A stretch of DNA of 64,000 bases from Mobula hypostoma (taxonomy: Eukaryota). The notes under the pieces were generated by a model. The model did not search any database. It had not been told where the DNA came from and was given only the letters and a program-made list of their open reading frames with translations. The stretch's first letter is position 1. The number at the start of each line of letters is the position of its first letter. The stretch is from the NCBI RefSeq assembly GCF_963921235.1, contig NC_086115.1, forward strand, positions 35,278,001 to 35,342,000. The letters are read 5' to 3'. This document shows positions 1 to 12,129 of this stretch, in pieces. The position numbers were made by a program, and so were the translations under genes.

Positions 1-1150
1 TCTGAGCGGATCCCTTCTCTATCACCTGCCTATCCTCCCTCTTACACTGTCTACAAACTTTCTTTATTTGTGAGCCAACCGTCTCTTCCTCCATCTCTTC
101 AGTTTGGTTCCCAGCCCCCAGCAATCCTAGTTTAAACTTTCCCCATAGACTTAGCAAACCTACCCATCACGATATTGGTCCCCCTAGGATTCAAGTGCAA
201 CCCGTCCTTTTTGTACAGGTCACTCCTGCCCAAAAAGAGGTCCCAATGATCCAGAAATCTGAATCCCTGCCCCTGCTCCAATCCCTCAGCCACGCATTTA
301 TCCTCCACCTCACTCCATTCCTATATTCACTGTCACGTGGCACAGGCAGTAATCCCGAAATTACTACCTTTGTGGTCCTGCTTCTCAACTTCCTTCCTAA
401 ATCCCTGTAGTCTGCTTTCAGAACCTCCTCCCTTTTCCTGCCTAAATCGTTGGTACCAATATGTACCACGACCTCTGGCTGTTCTCCTTCCCACTTTATG
501 ATATTGTGGACATGATCAGAAACATCCCGGACCCTGGCACCTGGGAGGCAAACTACCATCTGTGCTTCTTTCCTGCGTCCACAGAATCGCCTGTCTGAAC
601 CCTTGACTATAGAGTCCCCTATCACTGCTGCCATCCTCTTCCTTTCCCTACCTTTCTGAACCACAGGGTCAGACTCTGTGCCAGAGGCACAGCCACTGTT
701 GCTTCCCCCAAGTACACTGTCCCCCCAACAGTACTCAAACAGGAGTACTTATTGTTAAGGGGGACAGCCACAGGGGTACTCTCTAGCCTCTGACTCCTGC
801 CCTTCCCTCTCCTGACTGCTACCCACTTATCTGTCTCCCTAGGCCCCGGTGTGACTACCTGCCTATTGCTCCTCTCTATCACCTCCTTACTTTCCCTGAC
901 CAGATGAAGGTCATTGAGCTGCGTCTCCAGTTCCCTAACATAGTTCCTAAGGAGCTGCAGCTCAACGCACCTGGTGCAGATGTGGCCATCCAGGAGGCTG
1001 GAAGTTTCCCGGACTTCCCACATCTGACACCAAACACAGAACACCAGCCTCACACACATTCTTCCTGTCTGTATTATACACAGGCAAGCTACCTTGCCTT
1101 GACCCTTTATCACTGAAGCCCTGTTGAGACAAAGACTTCCTACTCTGTCT

Positions 1151-1207
1151 GTACCTCTTCCTATAGATGCTGTTGGCCTGCTGCATTCCACCAGCATTTT
1201 GTGTGTG
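1151..1207 (+). mobile_element. Short Penelope-terminus fragment inserted in the CR1 5' region
   Basis: Matches the arm of the fold-back elements (gtacctcttcc..gatgctg..ccagcattttgtgtgtg); 11-bp duplication CTACTCTGTCT at 1140-1150 and 1208-1218. Confidence 0.8.
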
Positions 1208-1266
1208 CTACTCTGTCTCCCTCTACTTTGTCACCCGCTCCTCCAACTCCCGCTCTATAAGGATGC

Positions 1267-1466
1267 CTCCTTTTAAACTCTTCTCGCTGTTCTCACTGGC
1301 TGATGCTCATGTGCTTGCGTAGTCATGCCCCGATCAAACAGCTGAGATCTAACCGTCTCCTTTTAAACTCTTCTTGCTGTTTTCACTGGCTGACGTCCAC
1401 ACGCTTGCATAGTCGTGCCCCGATTAAACTGTTGAAGAAATAACCGTCTCCTTCTAAACTCTTCTC
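1267..1466. repeat. ~90-bp tandem repeat (2 full + 1 partial unit) in the CR1 5'UTR
   Basis: ctccttttaaactcttct recurs at ~1267, ~1357 and (one mismatch) ~1448 with colinear downstream similarity. Confidence 0.85.
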
Positions 1467-1524
1467 ACTTTGTTTTACTTTATAAATATTTCTCTTACAG
1501 TATTCTATTTCCCTTGGTGTTTAT

Positions 1525-1900
1525 CCGCACTTCCAACGGGCTCTGATGCCCTTCAAAGCCAAAAAGCTAAATGTTCTATTGCCTGTTGTTGACTGCAATA
1601 TACAAGGATCATATAGGCAAAGGTGTTAGGGTGGTGACATATTCATAAGTTATACCTGTTTCAGAGTTTCATTTGACCATCAATTTTTTTCCTAACATTC
1701 TATTTCCATATTTCAAGATGAAGTAGAAGGGACCTATTTGGCCCATTTAATACGTAATCTCTAAATCAAGAAAATTGGAGAAAACGATAATTTGAATTTT
1801 CTAAGAGGGGCTAAGTCATCAATCTGCAAGTGAAAAAGTCAACTATTTATTACCTTTGTGGAGTAATAAAAGTGAGTCTCGACATTGATTTCCAATGAAG
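1525..1900. repeat. Copy 1 of a diverged ~400-bp direct duplication
   Basis: Colinear blocks shared with 6475-6870 at an offset of ~4960 bp. Confidence 0.75.
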
Positions 1901-2158
1901 TTATTCAGAAAACTGAATGGCGCAGGAATTTCATTAAGAGGACGTAGGGTCTTAGATGATGATATTGGTGGTCCTGATGGAGAAGTGGAATGCAAGGAGG
2001 CACAGTGCATCTCAGAGGAAGCATTTCACTGTGCCACCTGTGTTTCTCTCCTGGCACTGCCAGCTAGTACACCTTTACCTAACCTCACCTCTTCCTTGTA
2101 TTCCTCCAGCAGACTGAGAAAGAGATCTATTAACATTGCCAACCTTCCTTCTCTTCCT

Positions 2159-3650
2159 GACCATAGGACCATATAACAATAAGACAAAGGAACAGAATTA
2201 GGCCATTTGGCCCATTGAGTCTGCATCACCATTCCATCATGACTGATTTATTATCTCTCTCAACCCTATTCTCCTGTCTTCTCCCCGTAATGTTTCATGC
2301 CCTGACTGATCAAGAGCCTATCAATTTCTGCTTTAAATATACCAAAGGACTTGGCTTCCAAAGCTGTTTATTGCAATGAATTCCACAGATTCACCCAACT
2401 CTGGCTAAAGAAATTCCTCCTCATCTCTGTTCTGAAGGGACTTTTTCTATTCTGAGGCTGTGCCCTTTGATCCTAGACTCCATCACTACAGGAAACATTC
2501 TTTCCATGGTCACTCTGTCTAGGCCTTTCAATATTCTATAGGTTGCCATGAGATTCCCCCCCCCACCCCCTGCCACCACCTCATTCTTATAAACTCCAGT
2601 GAGTACAGGCACAGAGCCAACAAACAATCCTCATATGTTAACCCAGTCATTCCCAGGTTAATTCTCATGAACCTCCTCTGGATCCTCTCCAATGCCTTTC
2701 TCAGACAGGCCAGGGCTGGTGGGGGTGGAGGGCTAAAACTGCATACAACAATACAAATGCAGTCTTGTCATTTAAATTAACATGATATGAAGTGGTTCCA
2801 ACACCAACCACTGCAGAACACCATTAATCACTGGCAGCCGACCAGAAAAAGGTCCCCTTTATTTCCATTCTTTGCCTCCTGCCAGTCTGCCAACTTTCTA
2901 TTCATGCTTGTGTCTTTCCTATAATACCACGGAGTGTTATTAGGTAGCCTCAAGTACGACACTTTGTCAAAGGTCTTCTGAAAATCCAAATAAACAACTT
3001 CCACTGACTTCTTTCCCTATTATGCCTGTTATTTCCTCAAAGAATTCCAACAGATTTGTCAAGCAAGATTTCACCTTCAGGAAACCATGCTAAATTTGGC
3101 TTATTTTATCACATACCTCCATATACACTGAAATCTCATTCTTAATAATGGACTCCAACCACTGGAGTCAGGATAACTGACCTATAATTTCCTGTCTTTT
3201 GCCTCCCTCACTTCTTAAAGAATGGAGTGATATTTTGCAATTTTCCAGTCCTTCAGAACCTTTCCAGGATCTAGTGATTCTTGAAACATCACTACCAATG
3301 CTTCCACAATCTCTTTAGTTACCTCTTTCAGAACCCTGGGGTGTAATCCATCTGGTGCAGGTGATTACAGGAGTTTTCTGCTTCCTGAGGAGCAGCTTCT
3401 TAGTCGTTGCATCTGTACTCACTTCTGTCCCCTGACACTCTTGAATTTCTGGCATACTGCTGGTATCTTACACAGTGAACAATGATGCAAAATACTTTTT
3501 GAGTATGTCCACCATTTTATTGTCTTTCATTACTACCTATTGAGCATCATTTTCCAGCAGTTCAAATTCCACTCTCACCTTTCTTTTTCTCATTATATAT
3601 CTGAACAAAAAACACTTTTGATATCCTCTTTTATACTACTGACTAGCTTG
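2159..3650 (-). mobile_element. CR1 LINE 3' portion (decayed RT and 3'UTR)
   Basis: ORF 2421..2627(-) LMATYRILKGLDRV..MFP..GHSLRI is a CR1 ORF2 C-terminus; short gaccata-type tail repeats at 2159. Confidence 0.85.
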
Positions 3651-3994
3651 ACTCCAATAAATATCACCAGTAAAGCACAGTGGTTCAACATATTTTAGGA
3701 AAAGAATTTCTATATGAGCATAAACATGGTGTAACAGTAGACTTGACCACGACTGCTAGGAAGCCTCAAAGTTTGGCCCAAAGGTGTTCTTGTAATCTAT
3801 AGGAATGGGTGTAAGGCTATTTACATAGCTCTCAAAATCTCAACAATGACTCATTCAAACTTACGCCAGCAACAGAGATTGTTAAGTGAATTATTATCCA
3901 CCTACATGTCAAACAATCTTTCAGAATGTTACTGTTAATTGGGGCATAAAAACTGCAAATGTGATATCCAAAACAAAAAAAAACAGAAAATCAT

Positions 3995-4620
3995 AAATAC
4001 AAGAGATTCTTCAGATGTTGGAAATCCAGAGTAACACAAATACAATGCCGGAGGAACTCAGCAGGTCAAGCACCATCTATGGAAAAGAAGAGAGTCAACA
4101 TTAATGCAGGAAGCACCCAATAGACCTGGTATCATCTTTGGATTAAGATACAGAGGCAATATTTCAGGTCAAGGACCCTTCATCAGAACTGGAGAAGTGA
4201 GAAAACAAGTGGTTTAAGTTGCAGAAAAGGTAACAAATGGAGAAAAAATTCTTGAGCTTATATTGGATTTCACTGGAAAAGTGGGAGGCAAGCAGTGTAG
4301 TAGTACAAAAGAGAATTAAAATGCCAGGCAACTAGAAACTCACGGTCATCCTTACCATCAGCATGGAAGTGTTCTGTGGAGCAAACAGGCAATCTTCATC
4401 ACAGAAGAAATCACATTGTGAGCACTGAATGCAGTACACTAAACTGGATTACATAAAACTGAATTTTTCTTGCCTTGGAAAGAATGCTTAGGTTCATGGA
4501 TGGTGGGAGGGGAAGATGTAAAAAAAAAGGTGCTACATCTTCTGCAGGCTGCATAGAAAATGCTGTGAGAAGTGGAGTGGGTCTTGGTGGAGGTGGAAGA
4601 ATGAATCAGGGAGTCAATAA
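3995..4620 (-). mobile_element. Decayed Penelope-like element (terminus, degenerate hammerhead motif ~4160-4192, endonuclease-region remnant)
   Basis: cagatgttggaaatccagagtaacac..ggaggaactcagcagg terminus; minus strand CTGATGA-AGGG..CCT-GAAA. Confidence 0.7.
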
Positions 4621-4671
4621 TTTTATTGGCAATCAGCCCATTGGCCATCCTCAATAGGCTTCTTCAACTGG

Positions 4672-6340
4672 ATGTTGGCTGAACTTGTAAGAGATGACTT
4701 ACAGTGGACTGAAAAGCTTGAGCATGCAGATATTAAGGAAGAGGATGTGCTGGAGGATTTGGAAAGCATCAAGTTGGATAAGTCACCAGGACCAGACGAG
4801 ATGTACTCCAGGCTACTGTGGGAGTTGAGGGAGGAGTTTGCTGAGCTTCTGGCGATGACCTTTACATCATCAATGGGGATGGGAGAGGTTCCGGAGGATT
4901 GAGGGGTTGTAGATGTTGTTCCCTTATTCGAGAAAGGGAGTAGAGATAGCCCAGGAAATTATGGACCAGTGAGTTTTACTTCAGTGGTTGGTAAGCTGAT
5001 GGAGAAGATCCTGAGAGGCAGGATTTATGAACATTTGGAGGGCCATAATATGATTAGGAATAGTCAGCATGGCTTTGTCAAAGGCAGGTTGTGCCTTACG
5101 AGCCTGATTGAATTTTTGAGGATGTGACTAAACACAATGATAAAGGTAAAGCAGTAGATGTAGTGTATATGGATTTCAGGAGGCATTTGATAAGGTACCC
5201 CATGCAAGGCTTATTGAGAAAGTAAGGAGGCATGGGATCCAAGGGGACATTGCTTTGTAGATCCAGAACTGGCTTGCCCACGGAAGGCAAAGAGTGGTTG
5301 TAGATGGGTCATATTCTGCATTGAGGTCAATGACCAGTGGTGTGCCTCTGGGATCTGTTCTGGGACCCTACTCTTCATGACTTTTATAAATGACCTGGAT
5401 GAGGAAGTGGAGGGTTAGTAAATTTGCTAAAGACACAAGGGTTGGGGGTGTTGTGCATTGTGTGGAGGGTTGTCAGAGGTTACAGCAGGACATTGATAGG
5501 ATGCAAAACTGGACTGAGAAGTGGCAGATGGAGTTCAACCCAGCTAAGTGTGAGGTGGTTCATTTTGGTTGGTCAAATATAATGGCAGAATATAGAAAGA
5601 ATATGGTAAGACTCTTGGCAGTATGGAGGATCAGAGGGATCTTGGAGTCCAAGTCCATAGGACACTCAGAGCTGCTGTGCAGGTTGACTCTGTGGTTAAG
5701 AAGGCATACGGTGCATTGGCCTTCATCAATCGTGGGAATGAGTTTAAGAACCGAGAGGTAAAGTTGCAGCTCTCTAGGACCTTGGTCAGACCCCACTTGT
5801 AGTACTGTGCTCAATTCTGGTCGCCTCACTACAGGAAAGATGTGGAAACTATAGAAAGGGTGCAGAGGAGATTCACAAGGATGTTGCCTGGATTGGGGAG
5901 CATGTCTCATGAGAACAGATTGACTGAACTCGGCCTTTTCTCCTTGGAGTGACGGAGGATGAGAGGTGACCTGATAGAGGTATACAAGATGATGAGAGGC
6001 ATTGATTGTGTGGATAGTCAGAGGCTTTTTCCCAGGGCTGAAATTGCTAGCATGAGAGGACACAGTTTTAAGGTGCTTAGAAGTAAGTACAGAGGAGATG
6101 TCAGGGGTAAGTTTTTTATGCAGAGAATGGTGAGTGCGTGGAATGGGCTGATGGTGATGGTGGTGGAGGCGGATACGATAGGGTCTTTTAAGAGACTCCT
6201 GGATAGTTACATGGAGCTTAGAAAAATAGAGGGATATGGGTAACAGTAGGTAATTTCTAAGGTAAGGACATTTTCGGCACAGCTTTGTGGGCTGAATGGC
6301 CTGTATTGTGCTATAGGTTTTCTATGTTTCTATGTTTCTA
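4672..6340 (+). mobile_element. CR1 LINE 3' half (RT), disrupted
   Basis: KSPGPDE, KWQMEFNPAKCEVVHFG, RGDLIEVYKMMRG motifs; 8-bp (TTTCTATG)n tail at ~6319-6340. Confidence 0.92.
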
Positions 6341-6474
6341 GAGCTTAAAATCCCATTTTGAGATTTATTTACCTGTGAGAATATTCTGCCAAACTTGTCT
6401 TTTATTTCATAATATTGCCTTTGACATCAAGTCATTAAGATGCTTGGCAAAACTCAAGTTAAAGGACAAACTAT

Positions 6475-6870
6475 TGCACTTCCCAGACACACTAAAGTTC
6501 TTATGCTCTTCAAAGCCAGAAAACTAAATGTCTATACCAGCTGTTGACTGTAGTAAAAGAGAGAGTATTCAGGCAAAAGCTGAAATGTACTATACTAAGT
6601 CTCTATACTATTAAGTCATAACTGTGTAACAATTAGATTCCACTTGCTTATTTTTGTCTAATTTTCTATTTTCATATTTCATGTTGATATGGAAGGAGTC
6701 ATTTGATCCATCATGTCCATGTCATCTCTCGATTAAGATAATTGTAGATAATTATAACTTGAAATTTCCAGAAGGGGCTAAGTCACTAAACCACAAGTTA
6801 CATACTCAAATACTCATTAGTTTTCAGGAGCAGTAAATGTATGACTCATGCTTTGCACAATGAAATTTGG
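6475..6870. repeat. Copy 2 of the diverged ~400-bp direct duplication
   Basis: cttcaaagcca.aaa.ctaaatgt, tgttgactg, ttctatt.catatttca, ggggctaagtca shared with 1525-1900. Confidence 0.75.
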
Positions 6871-7229
6871 ATGTGGTTTTCATAGGCCAATCAACCCACC
6901 CCCATCCTCCCATTATGAGACAAATGTTATAATATTTGCTGATGATTGGTAAATGATCAGTCTCATTCAGCATTCCATAGCAAATGAAGTATTCTGTGAC
7001 TGAATTCGGCACAGCCTGGACAACACTGAGGCACAGTGTCATGAGTAATGATAATATTTGTACCACAAGAATGTCAAGCATTGACCATCTCCAACAAAAG
7101 TGTATTTAGCCTCTTACCCTGAAGTTCAGTAACATTAACATCATGTCCATCATGATTAATATCCTGGGAATCATTATGGATCATAAACTTTACTGGACTA
7201 ACCACACAAAATATCGTGGCTACGCTATC

Positions 7230-7875
7230 CAGTCAAGAGGCAAATGCAATGTTGGCATTTTTTTCCGGGGGAATAGAATATAATAGCAAGGAGATAATAT
7301 TGAGCCTTTATAAGACACTAGTCAGCCACACTGGAGTATTGTCAACAGTTCTGGGCCTCATATCTGAGAAAGGATGTGTTAGCATTGGAGAGAATTCAGA
7401 GGACGTTCATGAGGATGATTCTGGGGATGAAGGGGTTAGCATATAAGGAGCATTTGGTAGCTTTGGGCCTGTACTTACTGGAATTTAGAAGAATGTGTGG
7501 GGATCTCATTGAAACCTACTGAAAGTTGAAAGGACTAGTAGGGTGGATGAGGAGAGGATGTTTCCTATGGTGGGAGTATCCAGAACTAGAGGGCACAGTC
7601 TCAAAACTGAGGGGCGACCTTTTAGAACAGAGGTAAGGAGAATTTTTTTTTAAATCTTGAGAGTAGCGAATCTGTGGAATGCTCTACCACAGACTGCAGT
7701 GGAGGCCAAGGTAAAAGTTGACAGTTTCCTGATCAGTCAGGGCGTCAAAGGATATGGCAAGAAGGCAGGTGTACGGGGTTGAGTGGGATTCCGGATCAGC
7801 CATGATGGAATGGTGGAGCAGACTTGATGGGCTGAATAGACTAATTGTGCTGCTGTGTCTTATGGGCTTATGATA
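7230..7875 (+). mobile_element. CR1 LINE 3' end
   Basis: ANAMLAF..GIEYNSKE..LYKTLV motif; cttatg-type tail. Confidence 0.85.
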
Positions 7876-7996
7876 TCCTTATATAATGCACTTCTTTATA
7901 TCCCAAAGCAATTTACAAGTACAAATCAGGAAGGACTGTGATAGAAAACTCACCAATTGCATGAGTACAATGCCATCAACTTTTTCAAATTTCAGC

Positions 7997-8600
7997 ACTA
8001 TCCAGATGAGAAAGAAAGAGGGGAGAAGCCAATATAAAATGATGAGGGAGGAGGTGTAGCAAGAGCAGGCAGGTGATAGGGGCGAGAGGGGGAGGATGGG
8101 CAGGTAGGGCAGATGGGATTGATGTAAGAAGCTGGGAAATGATAGATGGAAAGGACGAAGGGCTGAAGAAGATGGAATCTGACAGAAGAGTGGATCATGG
8201 AATAAAAGAATTATGGCCTGGGTGAAGGAATGTGCCAATGATGGACAGATCAAGGGAGGAGCAAGGGAAGGGGTGGTGGGGTTAGTGAAGGGAAAAAAGA
8301 AGGGGGAGGTAACAGCGGAATGTGGTTTTTAGCGAAATCAAGGTTCATGCTGACAGGTTGATCACCGAGGCAGAATGAGGAGCTGTTGCTGTAATCAGCA
8401 TCAAATCTCAACTTGGCAGTAGAGCGGGCCATGGACAGGCATGCCAGTGTGGGAGTGGGATGTGGAATCTAAATGGCTGGCCACTGGTAGATCCTGAATG
8501 TTGCAGCAGACAGACCAAATGTGCTGGATGAAACAGTCACTCTGTCAGGTCTCACCTACGTAGCGAAGCTGAGCCAGGAACACCTGTATGTGAACGGCCT
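7997..8600 (-). mobile_element. Penelope-like element remnant (endonuclease C-terminal region + purine/pyrimidine-skewed 3' region)
   Basis: ORF 8250..8432(-) FCLGDQPVSMNLDF resembles the Penelope C-terminal motif also seen at 19201..19410. Confidence 0.65.
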
Positions 8601-9739
8601 CAACGAGAATCAGAATCAGAATCAGGTCTCTTATCATCGGCATGTTCCGTGAAATTTATTAGCTTAGCGGCAGCAGTTCAATGCAATATTTGATCATATA
8701 GCAAGAAAAAAAAAGTAAATCAATTACAGTGGCTATATATATGTATGTTGAATAGATTAAAATAGTGCAAAAACAGAAGTAGTATATATTTAAAAAGTGA
8801 GGTAGAGTTCATGTGCTCAATGTCCATTTAGAAATCGTATAGCAGAGGGGAAGAAGCTGATCCAGAGTGTGTGCCTTCAGGCTTCTGTACCTCCTACCTG
8901 ATGGCGACAATGAGAAGGGGGCATGCCCTGGGTGATAGGGGTCCTTAATAATGGACGTCACCTTTCTGAGGCACCGTTCCTTGAAGGCATTTTGGATACT
9001 ATGGGGGCTAGTTACCATGTTGGATCTGACTAATTTTACAACTTTCTGTCGTTTCTTTCAGTCCTGAGCAGTAGTCCCCCATACCAGACCGTGGTGCAGC
9101 CTATCACAATGCTCTCCGTGGTACAATTACAGCAATTTTTGAGTGTTTTAGGTGACAAAACAAATCTCTTCAAACTCTTAATGAAATATAGCTTCCGCTA
9201 TGCCTTCGATATGTTGGGAACAGGTTAGATCCTCAGAGATCTTGACACCCAGGAACTTGAAATTTTTCACTCCCTCCACTTCTAATCCCTCTACTTCTAA
9301 TCCCTCTATGAGGATTGGCTTGTGTTCCCTTGTTCTACCCTTTCTGAAGTCTTCAATCAGCTTTTTCTACTTATTGACATTGACTGCAAGATTGCTGGTA
9401 TACCTCGCTCCTGTACATCTTCTCATCTCCATCCGAGATTCTACCAACAATGATTGTATCATCAGAAAATTTATAGGTGGTGTTTGAGCTATACCAAGCT
9501 ATATCGAGCTATACCATGGATAGGGAGGGTAGAGTAGTGGGCTAAGCACACACCTCTGAGGTGCACCAGTGCTGATCATCAACGAGGAAGAGATATTATC
9601 ACTAATCTGCACAGATTGTGGTCTTCCCGTTAGGAAGTTGAGGATCCAATTGCAGAGCGAGGTACAGAGGCCAAGGTTTATTGGTCAGGGAATGTTGGGA
9701 ACGATGGTGTTAAACACTGAGCTATAGTCAACAGTATCC

Positions 9740-11349
9740 CTGTTTTTTTGACTAGGAAGTTTTTTGATCGGATTGATTCTATTATTTTATCTTTTATTTG
9801 GAATAATAAAAGACCAAGAATTAGTAAATGTCACTTACAAAAGTTGAAAAAGGATGGAGGTCTTGCTTTGCCTAATCTAAGAATGTATTATTGGGCTGTT
9901 AATGTGCGATACATGTCTTTTTGGTTATATTGGGTTGATAAGAGTGATCGACCAATTTGGGTAGACCTGGAACTGAAAGTTGTAAAACAGTTTTATTTAA
10001 CCTCATTATTGGGAACTGCTTTACCTATACAATTAGCTAAAGTTATTAATTTAAACCTGTATCCTGTGATTAAGTATTCTTTACAAATTTGGCTCCAGTT
10101 CCGCAATTTTTTAATCTTAAAAAATTTAAACTTTGTAGTTTAATTTATCGAAATTACTTTTTTAAGCCTTCTTTGAGTGATCCTTTTTTTCACTTTGAAA
10201 AAATGAAGGTATTAATTCTTTTTTGGATTTATTTAAAGAAGATAGATTGATGTCTTTCGAACAATTAATTCATAAATATTCTCTTTCATACACTTTCTGC
10301 AATACCTTCAAGTTAGACATTTTTTACAAAAATATTCAAATAATTTTCCTTACATATTGGAGGCTGACCTGTTAGATACTATTATGAGTATGAATCCTTC
10401 AATCAAGGGTTCTATTGGAAGAACTTATGATTTATTATTACAACAGGATAAGCGTCTTTTATCTAAGATTAAACAGGACTGGGAAAGGGAACTCAATTTG
10501 ACTTTTATGACGGAGGATTGGATGCAGATTTTGAAGTTGGTTAACTCCTCTTCAATTTGTGCTAGCCATTCATTGATTCAATTTAAAATTGTACATTGTT
10601 ATCATTTGACGAAGGAGAGACTTTCTAAAATCTTTTCTAATGTTAATAGTTATTGTGATAGATGTAAAAATGAGATAGCTAGACACATATATATTTTGGT
10701 CTTGTTCTATATTGGAACAGTTCTGGAAGTCAGTTTTTTCAACAAATTCTAAAGCACTTAAAATTAATCTACAACTTATTAAATTAACTGTGCTTTTTGG
10801 AATAATTCCTCAAAATATTCAAGGTATTTCTGTGTCTGACCAACATGTTATTGCATTTGTTACAGTGATAGCAAGGAGGGCCATTTTGTTGAAGTGGAAA
10901 GATACATCAGCTCCCACTTTGTCACGATGGTTCTCTCAAGTGATGCTATGTCTTAGTTTGGAGAAAATTAGAAGTCGAACCTTTGAACCTTTATTTGATT
11001 TTGAGAAAAGATGGGGCTCATTTGCTTGTTATTACCATTTGAGCTAATTGATAGATTTTTTCCACAAACTAATTGTAAGTTTTTTGGTATATTTTCTTTT
11101 CTTGCTGGCGGTTTGATGTTTATTTTTAGAAGCTTTTTGTATGACGCATGACTCCGGGGTTGTACACCTAATTGGTTTTTTTTCTCACTTTTTCTGCTTA
11201 GTAGGTTTTTTTTGTTATGACAAATTTTTTTTCAATCTTTAAGATAATGTCTTTTTTGAGACATTCTAAGTGTTGTTACTTCAATGTACTCGTGTTACTT
11301 CTTTTGTATAATATAACAATAAAAAGATTTGAAAAGAAAGAAAGATAGA
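9740..11349 (+). mobile_element. 5'-truncated L1 LINE (ORF2 C-terminal region, 3'UTR, A-rich tail)
   Basis: SFIWNNKRPRI..GGLALPNLRMYYWA, LIQFKIVH..CDRC, IARRAILLKWK; AATAAA plus A-rich tail; 10-bp TSD AACAGTATCC at 9730-9739 and 11350-11359. Confidence 0.9.
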
Positions 11350-11456
11350 AACAGTATCCTGACATGAGGAAATCTGCAGATGCTGGAATTTCAAGCAACA
11401 CACATAAAAGTTGCCGGTGAATGCAGCAGGCCAGGCAGCATCTCTAGGAAGAGGCA

Positions 11457-11494
11457 CAGTCGACATTTCGGGCCAAGACCCTTCGTCAGGACTG
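11457..11494 (-). ncRNA. Minimal type I hammerhead ribozyme motif
   Basis: Minus strand CAGTC-CTGACGA-A-GGG-TCTTGG-CCC-GAAA-TGTC/GACTG: core boxes, helix I (CAGTC:GACTG), helix II, GUC cleavage triplet. Confidence 0.8.
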
Positions 11495-11523
11495 ACGAAG
11501 GGTCTCGGCCCGAAACGTCGACT
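11492..11523 (+). ncRNA. Hammerhead core, opposite strand (5' strand of helix I lost at the fold-back axis)
   Basis: CTGACGA-A-GGG-TCTCGG-CCC-GAAA-CGTC-GACT. Confidence 0.65.
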
Positions 11524-12129
11524 ATACCTCTTCCTAGAGATGCTGCCTGGCCTGCTGCGTTCACCAGCAACTTTTATGCGCGTTGCTTGAGTATCCTGAC
11601 ATAAGTGTTTGTATACTCCAGGTCATCTATGGCTGTGTGAAGAGTTATTGAGATTGTGCCTGCCGTAGACCTATTGTGGCAATAGGCAAATTGCAGTGGG
11701 TGCAGGTCTTTGTTGAGGCAGGAGTTCATTCTAGCCATGACCAATCTCTCAAAGCACTTCATCGTCATAGATGTGAGTGCTACTGGCCGATAGTCATTAA
11801 GGCAGACCACACTACTCTTCTTAGGCACTGGTATAACTTGCCTTTTTGAAGCAGGTGGGAACTTCTGACTGTAGCAGTGAGAGGTTGAAAATGTCCTTGA
11901 ACACTCCAGCCAGTTGGTTAGCACAATTTTTCAGAGCCCTACGAGGTACTCCACCGTGGCCTACCACCTGGTGAGGGTTCACCCTCCTTAAAGACAGCCT
12001 AACATCATCCTCTGAGACAGATATCACAGGGTCACCAGGTCACTGGAAGAACTGTTTAGGGCTCTGAATGGTGGTGTTTAGGGATGGACAATAAACTTTG
12101 ATTTCAACAACACTGTCCGGATCCTGCAA

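Larger units (their letters stand above)
1..1470 (-). mobile_element. CR1 LINE 5' part: 5'UTR and frameshifted ORF1 (zinc finger/leucine zipper + SGNH esterase); continues off the left edge
   Basis: ORF 622..1197(-) has CxxC..HxCxxC-LQLL..VRELE; ORF 191..664(-) has VIGDSIV, CLPGARVRD and VVHIGTND esterase blocks typical of CR1 ORF1; homologous to 51915-52850. Confidence 0.9.
11366..11589. mobile_element. Fold-back Penelope-terminus element with back-to-back hammerhead motifs
   Basis: ~100-bp inverted arms about ~11490; 13-bp TSD AGTATCCTGACAT at 11353-11365 and 11590-11602. Confidence 0.9.
8606..12040 (-). mobile_element. Rex1/Babar-type non-LTR retrotransposon, split by L1 and Penelope insertions (host pieces 8606-9739 and 11603-12040)
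   Basis: CLNDYRPVALTS..MKCFERLV..LHPLQFAY..NRST RT motifs (11574..11924); IIKDPYHPGH..GRRYRSLK C-terminus; (AATCAG)n tail at 8606-8625. Confidence 0.85.

Noticed and set aside
1267-1466. Repeat-spacer appearance resembling a CRISPR array
   Set aside because: Eukaryotic DNA; the intervening segments are homologous, so it is a plain tandem repeat
1515-1621. H/ACA snoRNA-like layout on the minus strand (hairpin, AGAACA, hairpin, ACA+3)
   Set aside because: Short (~107 nt), no proper pseudouridylation pocket in hairpin 1, and the stems and ACA box are not kept in the paralogous copy at ~6480-6580
1854-2010. Minus-strand frame containing TLRPLNEIPAP, reminiscent of a mitochondrial P450 N-terminus, ending at a GT donor
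   Set aside because: Match is only a few residues, an in-frame stop lies just upstream, and part overlaps the non-coding duplication
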